DNA of 64,000 nt from Thermoleophilaceae bacterium (lineage in GTDB: Bacteria > Actinomycetota > Thermoleophilia > Solirubrobacterales > Thermoleophilaceae): assembly GCA_030447875.1 (NCBI GenBank), contig JAUJOA010000006.1, positions 59,648 through 123,647 on the forward strand, read 5' to 3'. The notes beneath the pieces are model-generated. The model was not told the DNA's origin and ran no database searches. It saw only the letters and a list, made by a program, of their open reading frames with translations. A program made the translations under genes and the position numbers. Below are positions 45,733 to 55,779 of this stretch, piece by piece (within the stretch, counting starts at the first letter, position 1; each line of letters starts with the position of its first letter).

Positions 45733-48351
45733 ATGACGGGGTACCCTGGTCGTGTGGCGGGGAGAGCTTGTTCGAGGTTCGCGAAGGTCCGAGTTGTTGC
45801 GCTTGCGCTCGGTCTGATCGTGCTGGTAGCGGCCGCTGCCGCCCCCGCTGCGGCGGACACCGGAACGGGCGATCGCATCGAGCTGAGCGCCGGCGGCGGG
45901 GAGAGGCTGGTCATCGAGCGCTCGCCCTTCCGGCTCTCCTTGATCGACGGCCGCGGCCGGAGGACGATCGGCACCGTCCCCGGCCGCGAGGGGCCGCCGG
46001 TCCGCGTGCCCGGGATCGACGGTCCGCAGCCGATCGAGCCGCTTGGACCGCTCGGCGGCTTCCCCGCCCTCGGGTTCGTGGTCGGCGCCAATCCGGGCGT
46101 GACGTTCCCGGTCAGCTTCTTCACGGGAAACCGGCTGTTCGGGGCGGAGGGGGGCGCGATCGTCTCGCTCGTCGAGGTCGAGCGAAAGAGACGTACGGGC
46201 TCCGGCCTGCGCCTCGACGTGCGCACCGACGCGCCGGCCCTCGGCCCGGCCACGCTCAACATCAGGCGCCTCGAAGGCGGCGGCGTGCAGCTCGACCTGC
46301 GGCCGCCCGACGAGCTGCGGCCGGCGGCCACCATCTTCACGCTCGGCTCCCCGCGCGGCGAGGGCCTCTACGGGCTCGGCGGCCGCAAGGACACCTTCAA
46401 CCAGCGCGGGCGGTTGCGCAACGTATGGGTCGAGCAGCAGAACGCCACCGACGAGCGGGCGGAGCCCGTTCCCGGCGCCGACCCGACCGACACGACGGGC
46501 GAGGACTACACGTTCCCGAACGGCGCCCAGGCCGCCTACTACGTCCAGGCGGCGCTCCACGGCAGCCGCGGCTGGGCCGCCTGGGTCGGCCAGACGGAGC
46601 TGTCGCGCATCGACCTCGCCCGCTCCCGCGGGGACGCGGTGCGCTGGGGAGTGAAAAGCCCGCGACTCACGCTGTCGCTCGCAGGGGGCGGACTGGAGCG
46701 CGCCGCGCGGTCGTACACCGCCGACGTGGGACGCGCCCCCGCGCCGCCGCGCTATGCCTACGAGCCGTGGATCGACGTGATCAACGAAGGCGAGGGCGAG
46801 GCGGCGCCGAACGGGCAGGGCTTCACCGGTGGAGAGCGCGTGAGGGACGACCTCGAGCGAATCGTCGAGGAGTCGCGCCGCCACGACATCCCGATCGGGA
46901 CGCTCGGCGTCGAGGGCTGGCAGGAGGTGCCGGACGGGCCACGCTTCTTCGCTCGCCTGCGAAAGAAGGGCTACCACCTCTCGGCCTACTGGAACCCGTT
47001 CACCTCGCGCGGCACGGACGCCTACGACGACGCGCTCGCGAAGGACATCTTCATCAAGGACCCGCGCGGAGAGCCGTACCCGATCGTGACCAACCGGGGT
47101 GGTCAGAGCTTCGTGATCGACTACAGCCACCCGCGCGCGCTCTCCTTCTGGAAGGAGCAGATCCGCCGCTCGTGCGACCTCGGCTTCGAGAGCTTCATGC
47201 ACGACTTCGGCGAGTTCGTCACCGAGGGCATGCGCTTTCACAACGGGCAGCCACCCGAGACGATGCACAACGCCTATCCGGTGCTCTACCACCGCGCCGC
47301 ACGCTCGGCGCTCGCCTCCTGCGCGCGCCGCGAACGAGGCTTCGACCCGTTCTTCTACGTGCGCGCCGGCTACTCGGGAATCGACAACGGCCCGGGCGTG
47401 ATCGATTCGACCTCGAGCGTCTTTCCTGGCGACGAGACGACCGACTGGAGCCAGGGCTCCGGAATACCCTCGGTGCCGCCGGCGATGCTGAACCTCGCGA
47501 TGGGGGGAAGCTTCACGTTCACGACGGACGTGGGTGGCTACCTCGACCTGTTCGCGCCGCGCACCTCGGCCGAGCTGTTCACGCGCTGGTCCCAGCTCGC
47601 CGCGTTCACCGCCGTCAGCCGCATCCACAACTCGACCTACAACGGCAGCGCCTACCCGTTCAGCTTCGACCGCCAGACGCTCGAGACCTATCGCCGCTAC
47701 GCGCGGGCGAAGGTGCGGCTGATCCCGCTCGTCGACCGCTGGTCGAAGCGAGCGGCGAGCGACGGCACGATTGGGCCGGTCAGGCCGCTCGTGCTCGACG
47801 ATCCCTCGGCGGCCGCCCGCTCCATCGACGACGAGTGGCTGCTCGGAGAGAACATTCTCGTCGCCCCCGTCCTCGAGGAGGGCGCGCGCAGCCGGCGCGT
47901 CTATCTCCCCGCCGGAAGCGACTGGCAGCGCGTGGTGGTCGACGCCAAGGGCAGGCTGGCGCCGCGCGGGAAGACCCAAGCCGGCGGTCGTACCGTCAGT
48001 GCGTCGGCGCCGATGACCGACATCCCCATCTATCGCCGCGTCGGGGCGAGCGAAGCTGGGTCTGGGAAGGCCGGGGGCTCGACGCCCGAGGAAGCCGGGA
48101 CGGGCGAAGGCGATCGTGGCAGCGCGGATGGAGGCTCACGGTCCGTCCTCGCGGACGCGGTCGATCGCGACGACCGCTCGCGGCTCGATGCGGCGGCCGG
48201 CTCGACCGCCACGGTCGCGGACGGCGACGTCGGGGACGACGGCGGCGGGCGGCTGCCCTTCACCGGTCTTCCACTCGCGGCCCTGCTGCTGACCGGTGCC
48301 GCCCTCGCGACGATCGGTCTGGTTCTACGACGCCAGGCCTCGGAGCGTTAG
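45733..48351 (+). CDS. Glycoside hydrolase family 31 with a C-terminal LPXTG-like cell-wall sorting signal
   Basis: GH31 motifs FMHDFGEFVTEG and FTTDVGGY. C-terminus is LPFTG, a hydrophobic helix, then RRQASER. N-terminal signal-like VVALALGLIVLVAAAAAPAAA. Confidence 0.8.
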   Translation: MTGYPGRVAGRACSRFAKVRVVALALGLIVLVAAAAAPAAADTGTGDRIELSAGGGERLVIERSPFRLSLIDGRGRRTIGTVPGREGPPVRVPGIDGPQPIEPLGPLGGFPALGFVVGANPGVTFPVSFFTGNRLFGAEGGAIVSLVEVERKRRTGSGLRLDVRTDAPALGPATLNIRRLEGGGVQLDLRPPDELRPAATIFTLGSPRGEGLYGLGGRKDTFNQRGRLRNVWVEQQNATDERAEPVPGADPTDTTGEDYTFPNGAQAAYYVQAALHGSRGWAAWVGQTELSRIDLARSRGDAVRWGVKSPRLTLSLAGGGLERAARSYTADVGRAPAPPRYAYEPWIDVINEGEGEAAPNGQGFTGGERVRDDLERIVEESRRHDIPIGTLGVEGWQEVPDGPRFFARLRKKGYHLSAYWNPFTSRGTDAYDDALAKDIFIKDPRGEPYPIVTNRGGQSFVIDYSHPRALSFWKEQIRRSCDLGFESFMHDFGEFVTEGMRFHNGQPPETMHNAYPVLYHRAARSALASCARRERGFDPFFYVRAGYSGIDNGPGVIDSTSSVFPGDETTDWSQGSGIPSVPPAMLNLAMGGSFTFTTDVGGYLDLFAPRTSAELFTRWSQLAAFTAVSRIHNSTYNGSAYPFSFDRQTLETYRRYARAKVRLIPLVDRWSKRAASDGTIGPVRPLVLDDPSAAARSIDDEWLLGENILVAPVLEEGARSRRVYLPAGSDWQRVVVDAKGRLAPRGKTQAGGRTVSASAPMTDIPIYRRVGASEAGSGKAGGSTPEEAGTGEGDRGSADGGSRSVLADAVDRDDRSRLDAAAGSTATVADGDVGDDGGGRLPFTGLPLAALLLTGAALATIGLVLRRQASER

Positions 48352-49304
48352 GCCGGCTGCAGTGAGGTGAACGTCCGCTCGAGTCCGCCGGGAACGTCGA
48401 GCCGCGCCTCCCAGCCGAGCTCGGCGCGCGCCTTCGACGCATCGAGCGCGATGTGGCGCACCTCTCCCGGCCGCTCGGGTGCGTGCTCGGGCTCGAACGA
48501 TGCCTCGGTCATCGCGCCGAGGGTGTCGACCAGCTCGAGCACGGTCGTCTGCACGCCGGTCCCCACGTTGAAGGAGCCCGAGACGGTCGATCCGGCCGCC
48601 GCGAGGTTCGCCGAGACGATGTCGTCCACGTAGACGTAGTCGCGCGTCTGGAGCCCGTCGCCGAAGACGGTCGGGCGGCCGCCGTCAAGGAGCCTGCCAC
48701 AGAAGATCGCCACGACCCCGGCCTCGCCAAGCGGGTCCTGGCGCGGCCCGAAGACGTTGCCGTAGCGGAGGGAGACCGTCGATAGTCCGTGGAGCCGGCG
48801 GAAGAGCTCGCAGTAGCCCTCGGCGGCGAACTTCGACTGGCCGTAGGGCGCCTCGGGCGCCACGGGATGGTCCTCGGGGGCGGGAAGCGTCCTGCCCTCG
48901 CCGTAGATCGCCCCGCCGGTCGAGCTGTTCACGAAGCGAGCGACGGCGCCGCGCCGCGCCGCCTCGAGCATGTTGATCGTGCCCTCGACGTTCACGCGCG
49001 CGTCGAACGCGGGATCGGCGGTCGAACGGCGAACGTCGATCTGTGCTGCAAGGTGGAAGATCGTCTGTGGCCGCACTTCCGCGACCAGCTCGACCATCGC
49101 CTCGGCATCGCGGATGTCGGCCTCGACGAGCTCGGCGGCGCCACTCAGGGCGTTCGAGACGTTCTCGCGACGGCCGGTCGAGACGTTGTCCACGATAGTC
49201 ACCTCGTCGCCGCGATCGAGCAGCGCGTCGACGAGATTCGAACCGATGAAGCCGGCTCCGCCGGTCACGAGTGAACGCATTCGAGGCATGGTAGGTATCG
49301 CCAT
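48348..49304 (-). CDS. NAD-dependent sugar epimerase/dehydratase (UDP-glucose 4-epimerase-like)
   Basis: MRSLVTGGAGFIGSNLVDALL Rossmann motif and a YGQSK catalytic motif. The start may be ATG 49280. Confidence 0.8.
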   Translation of the reverse strand: MAIPTMPRMRSLVTGGAGFIGSNLVDALLDRGDEVTIVDNVSTGRRENVSNALSGAAELVEADIRDAEAMVELVAEVRPQTIFHLAAQIDVRRSTADPAFDARVNVEGTINMLEAARRGAVARFVNSSTGGAIYGEGRTLPAPEDHPVAPEAPYGQSKFAAEGYCELFRRLHGLSTVSLRYGNVFGPRQDPLGEAGVVAIFCGRLLDGGRPTVFGDGLQTRDYVYVDDIVSANLAAAGSTVSGSFNVGTGVQTTVLELVDTLGAMTEASFEPEHAPERPGEVRHIALDASKARAELGWEARLDVPGGLERTFTSLQPA

Positions 49305-49359
49305 CGGCGCCGACTACGTTCCACTTTAGGGGCGCCTGACCCCCTGCTACCGTCGCGCC

Positions 49360-49986
49360 GTGGCCGGACTGTTCGTGACGATCGAGGGGATCGACCGCGC
49401 GGGCAAGTCGACGCAGGCGCGCATGCTCTGCGAGGCGCTTGGTCACGTCGCTCTTCTCGTGCGAGAGCCGGGCGGGACGGCCGTCGGAGAACACGTTCGG
49501 GAGCTGCTGAAGGACCCGTCCGTCGAGATTGGGGCTGAGGCCGAGGCGCTTCTCTTCGCCGCCGCGCGCGCGGAGCTGGTGGCACGCGTGATCCGTCCGG
49601 CGCTCGCGGAGGGCCGGGTGGTGGTCTCCGATCGCTTCCTCGACTCCTCGCTCGCCTATCAGGGAGCCGCGCGCGGCCTTGGGCTCGAGGAAGTCCGGCG
49701 CATCAATGGCTGGGCGACTGGCGGTCTCGTGCCCGACCTCACGCTGCTGCTCGAGCTCGACTCAGCCGCTGCCGCCCGGCGCCGCGGCGAGAGCGACCGG
49801 TTCGAGAGCGAGGGCCGCGCGCTGCAGGACCAAGTGCTCGCCGCCTACGAGCGGCTGGCCACGGCCGAGCCGAGCCGGTGGCGGCGCATAGCCGCCGACC
49901 GCCCGGAGGACGAGGTGCATGCGGACGTGCTGGGAGCGGTGAGGGCGGCTCTGCCCAAGCTGGCCGAGCGGGTGGGGCCGGCGTGA
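49360..49986 (+). CDS. tmk: Thymidylate (dTMP) kinase
   Basis: FVTIEGIDRAGKSTQ P-loop and DRFLDSSLAYQG motif. 208 aa. Confidence 0.9.
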   Translation: MAGLFVTIEGIDRAGKSTQARMLCEALGHVALLVREPGGTAVGEHVRELLKDPSVEIGAEAEALLFAAARAELVARVIRPALAEGRVVVSDRFLDSSLAYQGAARGLGLEEVRRINGWATGGLVPDLTLLLELDSAAAARRRGESDRFESEGRALQDQVLAAYERLATAEPSRWRRIAADRPEDEVHADVLGAVRAALPKLAERVGPA

Positions 49987-51134
49987 CGGACCCGGCGGCG
50001 CCGGTCGCGCTCGCCGGCACGGAAGACCATCCGCACGCTCGACTCGTGCTCGGCTGTGGACTGTCCTCGGGCGCGCCATCGCACGCCTACCTGTTCCACG
50101 GCCCACCCGGGAGTGGGAAGTCGACCGCCGCTCGAGCCCTCGCTGCCGAGCTGCTCGCGGACGGGGACACGGACCCGGACAACGTGCGCCGGCGGGTGGC
50201 CGTGGGGGCCCATCCGGATCTGACCTGGGTCAAGCCGACCGGCGCCCACGTGATGCGCGTGGACGACGTCGAGGGACCCGTGATCGCCGCCGCCTCGCGA
50301 ACGCCGTTCGAGGCACGTCGCCGCATCTTCGTCCTGGAGCGCGCCGACACGATGAACGACGAGGTGGCCAACCGGATGCTGAAGACGCTCGAGGAGCCCG
50401 CCCCCTTCGTACATCTCATCCTGCTGACCGACGCCGTCGGCCGGATGCTCGAGACCGTGGTCTCGCGCTGTCAGCTCGTGCGCTTCGATCCGCTTCCGGC
50501 CGAGCGGATCGCCACCGCGCTCGAGCGTGACGGAGTGGCCCCCGAGCTCGCCGGCGCGTGCGGGCGCCTGGCGCTAGGCAACGCCGCCCGCGCTCGCTGG
50601 CTGGCCGCGGGGGAGGGAGCGGCGCTGCGGAGCGACGTCGAGGCCTTCGTCCGCGACGTCCTCGGCGGAGAGCACGCCGCCAGAGATGACGACGAGCCGT
50701 GGCGGCCGCTGCTGGCTCGCGCAGAGGAGCGGCGTGCCGCCGCGGAGGCCCGGGTCTCAGAGGAGGCCGCTCGCCGGCTCGAGCTGGAACCCAAGGGCCG
50801 TGAGCGAAAGGCGCTCGAGCGCGAGTTCGAGGAGGCCGCGAAGCGCGACGGCCGCCGCGCGCGGACCGAAGTGCTCGACTTTGGCCTCGAGCTGGCGGCG
50901 ATCGCGTTTCGGGACCTGGCCTGCGTGGCCGAGGGGGCGGATGCCGCGGTGCTCGGCACCGACAGGATCGCGAAACTCTCGCCGGCCGCGAGCGGGCGGG
51001 TCGCGCGCCGGCTGCGCGAGGCGGTCGAGCGCTGTGACGCGGCGCGCCAGTCGCTCGAGCTGAACGTGACCGAGGAGCTGGCGCTGGCGGCGCTCACGTT
51101 CAGGCTGCGCCGGCTGGTGGGCGGGGGCGCCTGA
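49983..51134 (+). CDS. holB: DNA polymerase III delta-prime subunit
   Basis: HAYLFHGPPGSGKSTAARALAAELL, ANRMLKTLEEP and SRCQLVRF motifs. GTGA overlap with the tmk stop. Confidence 0.85.
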   Translation: MTDPAAPVALAGTEDHPHARLVLGCGLSSGAPSHAYLFHGPPGSGKSTAARALAAELLADGDTDPDNVRRRVAVGAHPDLTWVKPTGAHVMRVDDVEGPVIAAASRTPFEARRRIFVLERADTMNDEVANRMLKTLEEPAPFVHLILLTDAVGRMLETVVSRCQLVRFDPLPAERIATALERDGVAPELAGACGRLALGNAARARWLAAGEGAALRSDVEAFVRDVLGGEHAARDDDEPWRPLLARAEERRAAAEARVSEEAARRLELEPKGRERKALEREFEEAAKRDGRRARTEVLDFGLELAAIAFRDLACVAEGADAAVLGTDRIAKLSPAASGRVARRLREAVERCDAARQSLELNVTEELALAALTFRLRRLVGGGA

Positions 51135-51471
51135 GCGGCGGCGCCCAGGCCACCAGGAAGCGCTCGGCCTGGCCCGGGGCCGTCTCCAGCACGCAGCTCG
51201 CCCCGCGCTGCCGGAGTAGCCTGCGCGGCGCCACGTCGCGGGCTATCCGCAGCACCTGACCGGAGGCGTCGAGAAAGACGACGTCCAGCTCGAAGCGCAT
51301 GCAGAACGTGTGAACGGAAGAGCAGCGCGGAATGAGCAGCGCCACGTCGGCCGGCACGGCGGGGAGCAGGGCCAAGCCGAGGAGGCGCGCTCGGACTGCC
51401 CGCGCCTCCAGCAGCGTGAGGCCCCCCGGCAGCTGATGTCTGACAAGCCGGCCGAACCGCTGGGGAGCCAC
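51100..51471 (-). CDS. DUF192-family protein
   Basis: LLIPRCSSVHTFCMRFELDVVFLDASGQVLRI fits the DUF192 (COG1430) core. Converges on holB and overlaps it by 35 nt. Confidence 0.55.
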   Translation of the reverse strand: MAPQRFGRLVRHQLPGGLTLLEARAVRARLLGLALLPAVPADVALLIPRCSSVHTFCMRFELDVVFLDASGQVLRIARDVAPRRLLRQRGASCVLETAPGQAERFLVAWAPPLRRPRPPAGAA

Positions 51472-51558
51472 GTCGGACTAAGTTCAGGCGACGACCGTCC
51501 AGGCCCCGCCAGCATCCGTGCGGCCACCGAAGCCAAAGCTAGACTGACCGATCCACCC

Positions 51559-51627
51559 GCCGACGTAGCTCAGTTGGCCAGAGCACCGCTCTCGTAAAGC
51601 GGGGGTCGTCGAATCCTCCCGTCGACT
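51559..51627 (+). tRNA. tRNA-Thr(CGU)-like gene with a defective T-arm and an acceptor-stem mismatch (possible pseudo- or hybrid tRNA)
   Basis: My manual fold gives acceptor GCCGACG, D-arm GCTC/GAGC, anticodon arm CCGCT-CTCGTAA-AGCGG and a GTCGAAT T-loop. About 5 nt are missing between the variable region and the T-loop. The 3-prime acceptor CGTCGAC gives a C2-A71 mismatch. Confidence 0.55.
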
Positions 51628-54395
51628 TCAAGATCAGCAGCTAAGCCCGGCAATCGGGGCGACCCGCAGGGTGTGAATGTCGCTGCCGAGTTCGAGCGGC
51701 TACCGCGTCGATGACCACAGCAAGCGTTGGACTACGAGCCCGCGCCGATGAAGGCCGAGCCCCTGGTCGAGGATGCGCCGAGTCACCACCGCCTGCTCGG
51801 CATACTGGGATCCCTTAGGCCGGTGGCCCTTTGAACCGTGGTCCCTGAACCGTCGGTGCGTCAGACGCATTAGCCTTATCCAGACGTCGTGGGATTTGAT
51901 GTAGTGGCCGCCCGTCAAGGTGCATGCCCAGACGCGTGGCGACCATGCAGCAATAGGTATGGCCGTGCCATGGCGAAGACAGTTCCAGATCCGCGAAGTG
52001 CCCGACGCCATCCATCCCGGTTACGCGTTCCGACCACGGCCATCGCAGGTGTCTGTCGAGTTCTCACCACCGAGGTCAGCCGGGTAGCGATGACCGCCGG
52101 TCGCGGTGTCCCGGGCGAGGATACCGGACGGCGGCGCTGTCTACCTGGCGGTCGTCAAGACCATGGATAAACCCGCGACGGGCGATAGTGCTCGTGGTCG
52201 ACACCTGCGGTGCTGGGCGCGCTGGTCGACCTTTCCGCGTCGACCACTAATAGGCATTCGCCATGGCGTAGAGTTCGCCTTCGCCGTCCGACAATCCGGG
52301 CCAGCACCATGCGCTGGGCGAGCTCGATCCCGCTCAGATGAGCCGGCCCTGACCGGGCGGAGGCCGCAAAGGAGGACCATGGGATCCTCGCCAGTAGCGC
52401 TGTCCACCTGTTGCGCTCCTCGTCGGATCTGGGAGCTGCGCGACAGCAGTGACCCTTCCTTGGCCCCGCCCTTTCATCGCGCTCAACCAGGCCTGCGACC
52501 GTACTACGCTGCCGACAACCAGCGCGCGTCTCGCCATTGCACCGGGTCACCAGACGAGGTCGAGACCACTGACCGCGCTCTGTCGTGGGCGGCCTGAGCG
52601 TAGAGGCGGAGGGTGGTGGACCGCGCGGTCCCTGGACCACCGCAACTATGTCAGGCCTCGAATGGGCGTACTGCGTCCCGGCCACGACTGCTGTCGGCGT
52701 AACCTTCTTTCGGCTGGGCAGGTCGGCAGATCAGTGATGGGCTTATCTCGCGAGGGTACGCTGAAAACTGCGCGTCCTCGACCTGGGTTACCTCGAAGAC
52801 CAGTTCGCCTCGCTCGATATGGAGGCTTGTCTGACGGTTAAGGTGCGTGGGCATGGATACCTCAGGCTAAACCGGCGAAGGTACCGTTGGCGCGGAACAA
52901 CCAGCTGCCGACGTGGAGTTCGTTACTTGGGACGGCGGTGCGGAATCCTGAGTGCCGAGCGTTACGGGTCGTTCGACGTCGTGCTCGCCTGAATTTCCTG
53001 CCACCTACGTGCGCGGACCAGCACATCGCTCTGGCCCGATTACAATTCGCGGATGATATGACCAGTGGCGTGCATGACCGCCCACCAGCCTGGTCAGCCC
53101 GATCTCACATCGCTCATGACCACCTGGTGGAAGGCTATCACGAGCGCGGCCCTGACCACGATGGAGATTTTGACCGTGGGCCTCTCCGCGTCGATGAGAA
53201 TCCGTCAGCTTCTGGCTCACTTGCTGACCCTCCTCACAGCCTGCTGGGACTGCCAGGCTTCACGTCGATCCTGGGCTCGGAATCCAGTCCTCTACGGCTG
53301 GGCCAGCCGAGCCCACACTCGTCGCTGAAGGGCGAGCCGGAATCGCTGCTGGCCATCGCTGCCGTCCCTAAATCGCGCAGCCAGCGCTGGTCGGAGACCC
53401 GGCCAGACTCACCCGGCCCAGCGCTGGCTCGGACATATCCCTTGCCAAAGGTCTGATCGATCGCTTACGATTTGTCCTTCGTCTTCGCGCCTTCCAGAAG
53501 GAGGCCAGCCAGGAATGAAATGACCATACGTTCTATTTGTGTCTCCCCTAACTCGCTGGGCGAAGCCTCGGGGAGGGCAGAGAGTGGTCAAGACAGCGTA
53601 GATGTTGTTCTATAATTAAGGGCTATGCTGAATGGGTCGGGGACCTGTTGATGCTGACCGGCAAGACTGATCGTCTCGGCGCTGCGCCCGCCGTTCCCCT
53701 ACGGCGGCGAGTTCGTGGAACCAGTTCCAGACCCGGCTACGTCTGCTGGTTGCTACGGTCTCGACCGGTGACCACCGGTACGGCGCATGGGGCCTGGTCG
53801 GCAACCCTCGTCCCTGCTGTTGCGCTCGACCGAACGGCGGCCTGCTGCGTGCCTGCTCGCCCTCGATCCGGAGTTCGCCCCGGTCTGACCGACGATGTTC
53901 GTTCTCGGGCGTCGCCGGCGCAGCGATCTGCGCCGACCTCGGCGCGCAGATCCGCGGAGCTCGACGCGCAGGTGTCGGCGTCGATCCGGTCAAGAACCTC
54001 GTCGTGCCGCGCTTCCCTGGCGCTGATGGTGATCACGGGTCTCTTCAACATCCCCACGCGCTGCTGTTTGGCATCTTCGGCGGCGTCTCGGCCTTCTGCC
54101 AAGGCGCCCATCGCTTCGGACTTGCCTGCTCACCAGGCCTTCTTACCAGCCTTCGTCCCGGACCTGGAACAGGTCGTCCAGACGAACCCTGCTTCGAGGA
54201 CGATGTCGATGTCTACCGCTGCCGCCGGGAGTTGTTGCCTCGGGCTGACGCCGAGGACGTCGGGCGCGCCAGCCAGGCGGTCGTCGCGACGATGCGGTCG
54301 TCTTCGCGTTCAGCCTGCATTTCACCCGGGCCTTTCGCGACCCACCCGAAGGATGCCGTCGAAGTGACGGAAGCGCGCGGCGGGAGGAGCGCCTG
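51628..54395. mobile_element. Probable remnant of an integrated element: lower-GC segment with little intact coding sequence, downstream of the aberrant tRNA
   Basis: Individual 60-nt lines count 45-63% GC against about 70-78% in the flanks. There are no long ORFs with host-like GC3, and fragments of coding-looking frames are interrupted by stops. The right boundary is approximate. Confidence 0.45.
51700..52854 (-). pseudogene. Possible decayed tyrosine recombinase/integrase
   Basis: Total span is about 385 codons. The reverse-strand fragments resemble integrase boxes: LLCGLRP (box I Arg); SPWHGHTYCCMVATRLGMHL...LHQIPRRLDKANAS (degenerate HxLRHTYA...LLGHAS, with key residues substituted); GSQYAEQ. 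They are spread over all three frames with internal stops. Confidence 0.35.
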
Positions 54396-55182
54396 ATGGG
54401 CGGCGGCCCTGGCGGTGCCGAAGGACTGATCGCCTCGATGGGCGACATCGCCAAGTTCGGCGGGCGCGTTCGGCGAGGTCTTCGGCGGGCGCGTCTTCGT
54501 TTCTTCGGCGAGGCGCTGCGCCAGTGCGGAGTCCCTGTCTCCGGCTCGGCGATCGTGATCTGGACGCTCGCCTTCATCCTCGGCCTGCAGTGCGGGCTCG
54601 AGGGCGCCTACTTCAACCGCCTGGTCGGGGCGCCCGCCTACGCCAGGGTCTTCAGTGCCTGGTGCGACCTGCGCGAGGTGATCCCCTACGCCTGGAGACT
54701 ACATGCTCGCCGCCAAGGTCGGCACCGGGCTCGTCGCCGAGCTCGGCGCGATGCGGATCACCGACGAGATCGACGCGCCCGAGGTGATGGGCATCTCCTC
54801 GCTCACCTTCCTCTGCGCGACGCGCTCTGGCCGCCTTCATCGTCTTCCCGTTCATGTACACGGCCGCCGTCGGCGCTGGCCGCCTCCTACCTGGCCGTCG
54901 TCCAGCAGATCGGCGAGGTCTCCTCGGGCGGCTTCTTCCTGATCTTCTGGATGTTCCAGAACCCGCCCGACCTCTTGTACTCGCTGATCAAGGCGATGGC
55001 GATGGCGACCGTGACCGTGATCGTCGGCACCTACTACGGCTACACCGCCTGGGCGGGCCGGTCGGCGTCGGCACCGCGACCGCCAAGTCGATGGTGCTCA
55101 ACACGGTGCTCGTGCACCTGATCGGGATGCTCGGCACCCAGGTCTTCTGGGGCAGGATCCAAGGGCGCCGATCGGGGGATAG
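54396..55182 (+). pseudogene. MlaE/YrbE-type ABC permease (Mce-associated), frameshifted and without partner mce genes
   Basis: Three frames together give YrbE motifs: AAKVGTGLVAELGAMRITDEIDAPEVMGISS, LIKAMAMATVTVIVGTYYGY, VLNTVLVHLIGMLGTQVFWG and a terminal QDPRAPIGG stop. One junction sits at a GGGG run (about 55147). Confidence 0.7.
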
Positions 55183-55196
55183 AGCCGATATGGCGC

Positions 55197-55722
55197 GTGC
55201 CGGAAGCACTTCAACACGCCGTTCCACTCCAACCGTCGGCGCGGCCGCTCGGCCCGACGATCGAGGTCGACGAGCGAGCGGCTCGAAGGTCGCTGCTCGA
55301 GCAGGTCGCACGGCTCGAGTCAGAGCTCGGGTCCGCTCTTTGCTCGAGCTACCCACGCGTCGGCTTTGACTGGAGGGTGCGCTCGAGCGGCAGCCCCGCG
55401 GCTCCTGCGGCTCGTCGAGCTCGAGCAGCTTCGTGACGACCTTGCCGATCGTCTCCGGCAGAACCGTCGGGCGCTCGACGAGCGGACCTACCTCGAGGAG
55501 CAGAACTGCTGCCGGATCGAGCAGATGCTCCTCGAGCCCGAGAAGCACAGGTGGGAGCGCGTAGGGAACGAGGACATCGGCGAGCCGGGCTGCAAGCACT
55601 GGCATGTGCGTCCGCGGTTCGGGCTGCTCGGGATGCTGCTCAACTGGTGGCGTGTTCGCATCTCCTCCGGCTGTCCGTTAGCCAGGGGCGCGGCCGGTGG
55701 TCGCGTCCCCGCTCCGAAGTAG
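55197..55722 (+). pseudogene. Hypothetical protein ending in WWRVRISSGCP, with one frameshift
   Basis: Two frames join near 55390: ...IEVDERAARRSLLEQVARLESELG...GFDWRVRSSG, then PRLLRLVELEQLRDDL...GCKHWHVRPRFGLLGMLLNWWRVRISSGCPLA. The start is uncertain. Confidence 0.45.
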
Positions 55723-55779
55723 GCGACTGACCGCATGTCGGGAGATGGCGCCTCGGCGTGGGTCACAATCCGCCGGGCG

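Noticed and set aside
45363-48365. 1000-aa forward ORF and 750-aa reverse ORF (45727..47979) overlapping the second GH31 gene
   Set aside because: Both are Arg-rich shadow frames. The 45733..48351 frame carries the GH31 motifs, the signal peptide and the LPFTG anchor.
53590-53650. Sigma-70-like promoter (TCAAGA-17 nt-TATAAT) in the low-GC stretch
   Set aside because: The -35 match is weak, and the ORF downstream (53648..54367) has poor codon bias and no recognisable product. AT-rich hexamers are expected by chance in a 45% GC patch.
52887-54367. 189-aa and 239-aa forward ORFs within the low-GC segment as real genes
   Set aside because: Third-position GC is low and mixed. Coding-looking stretches switch frames every 30-60 codons on both strands, and no family motifs are recognisable. 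I treated them as decayed sequence rather than CDS.
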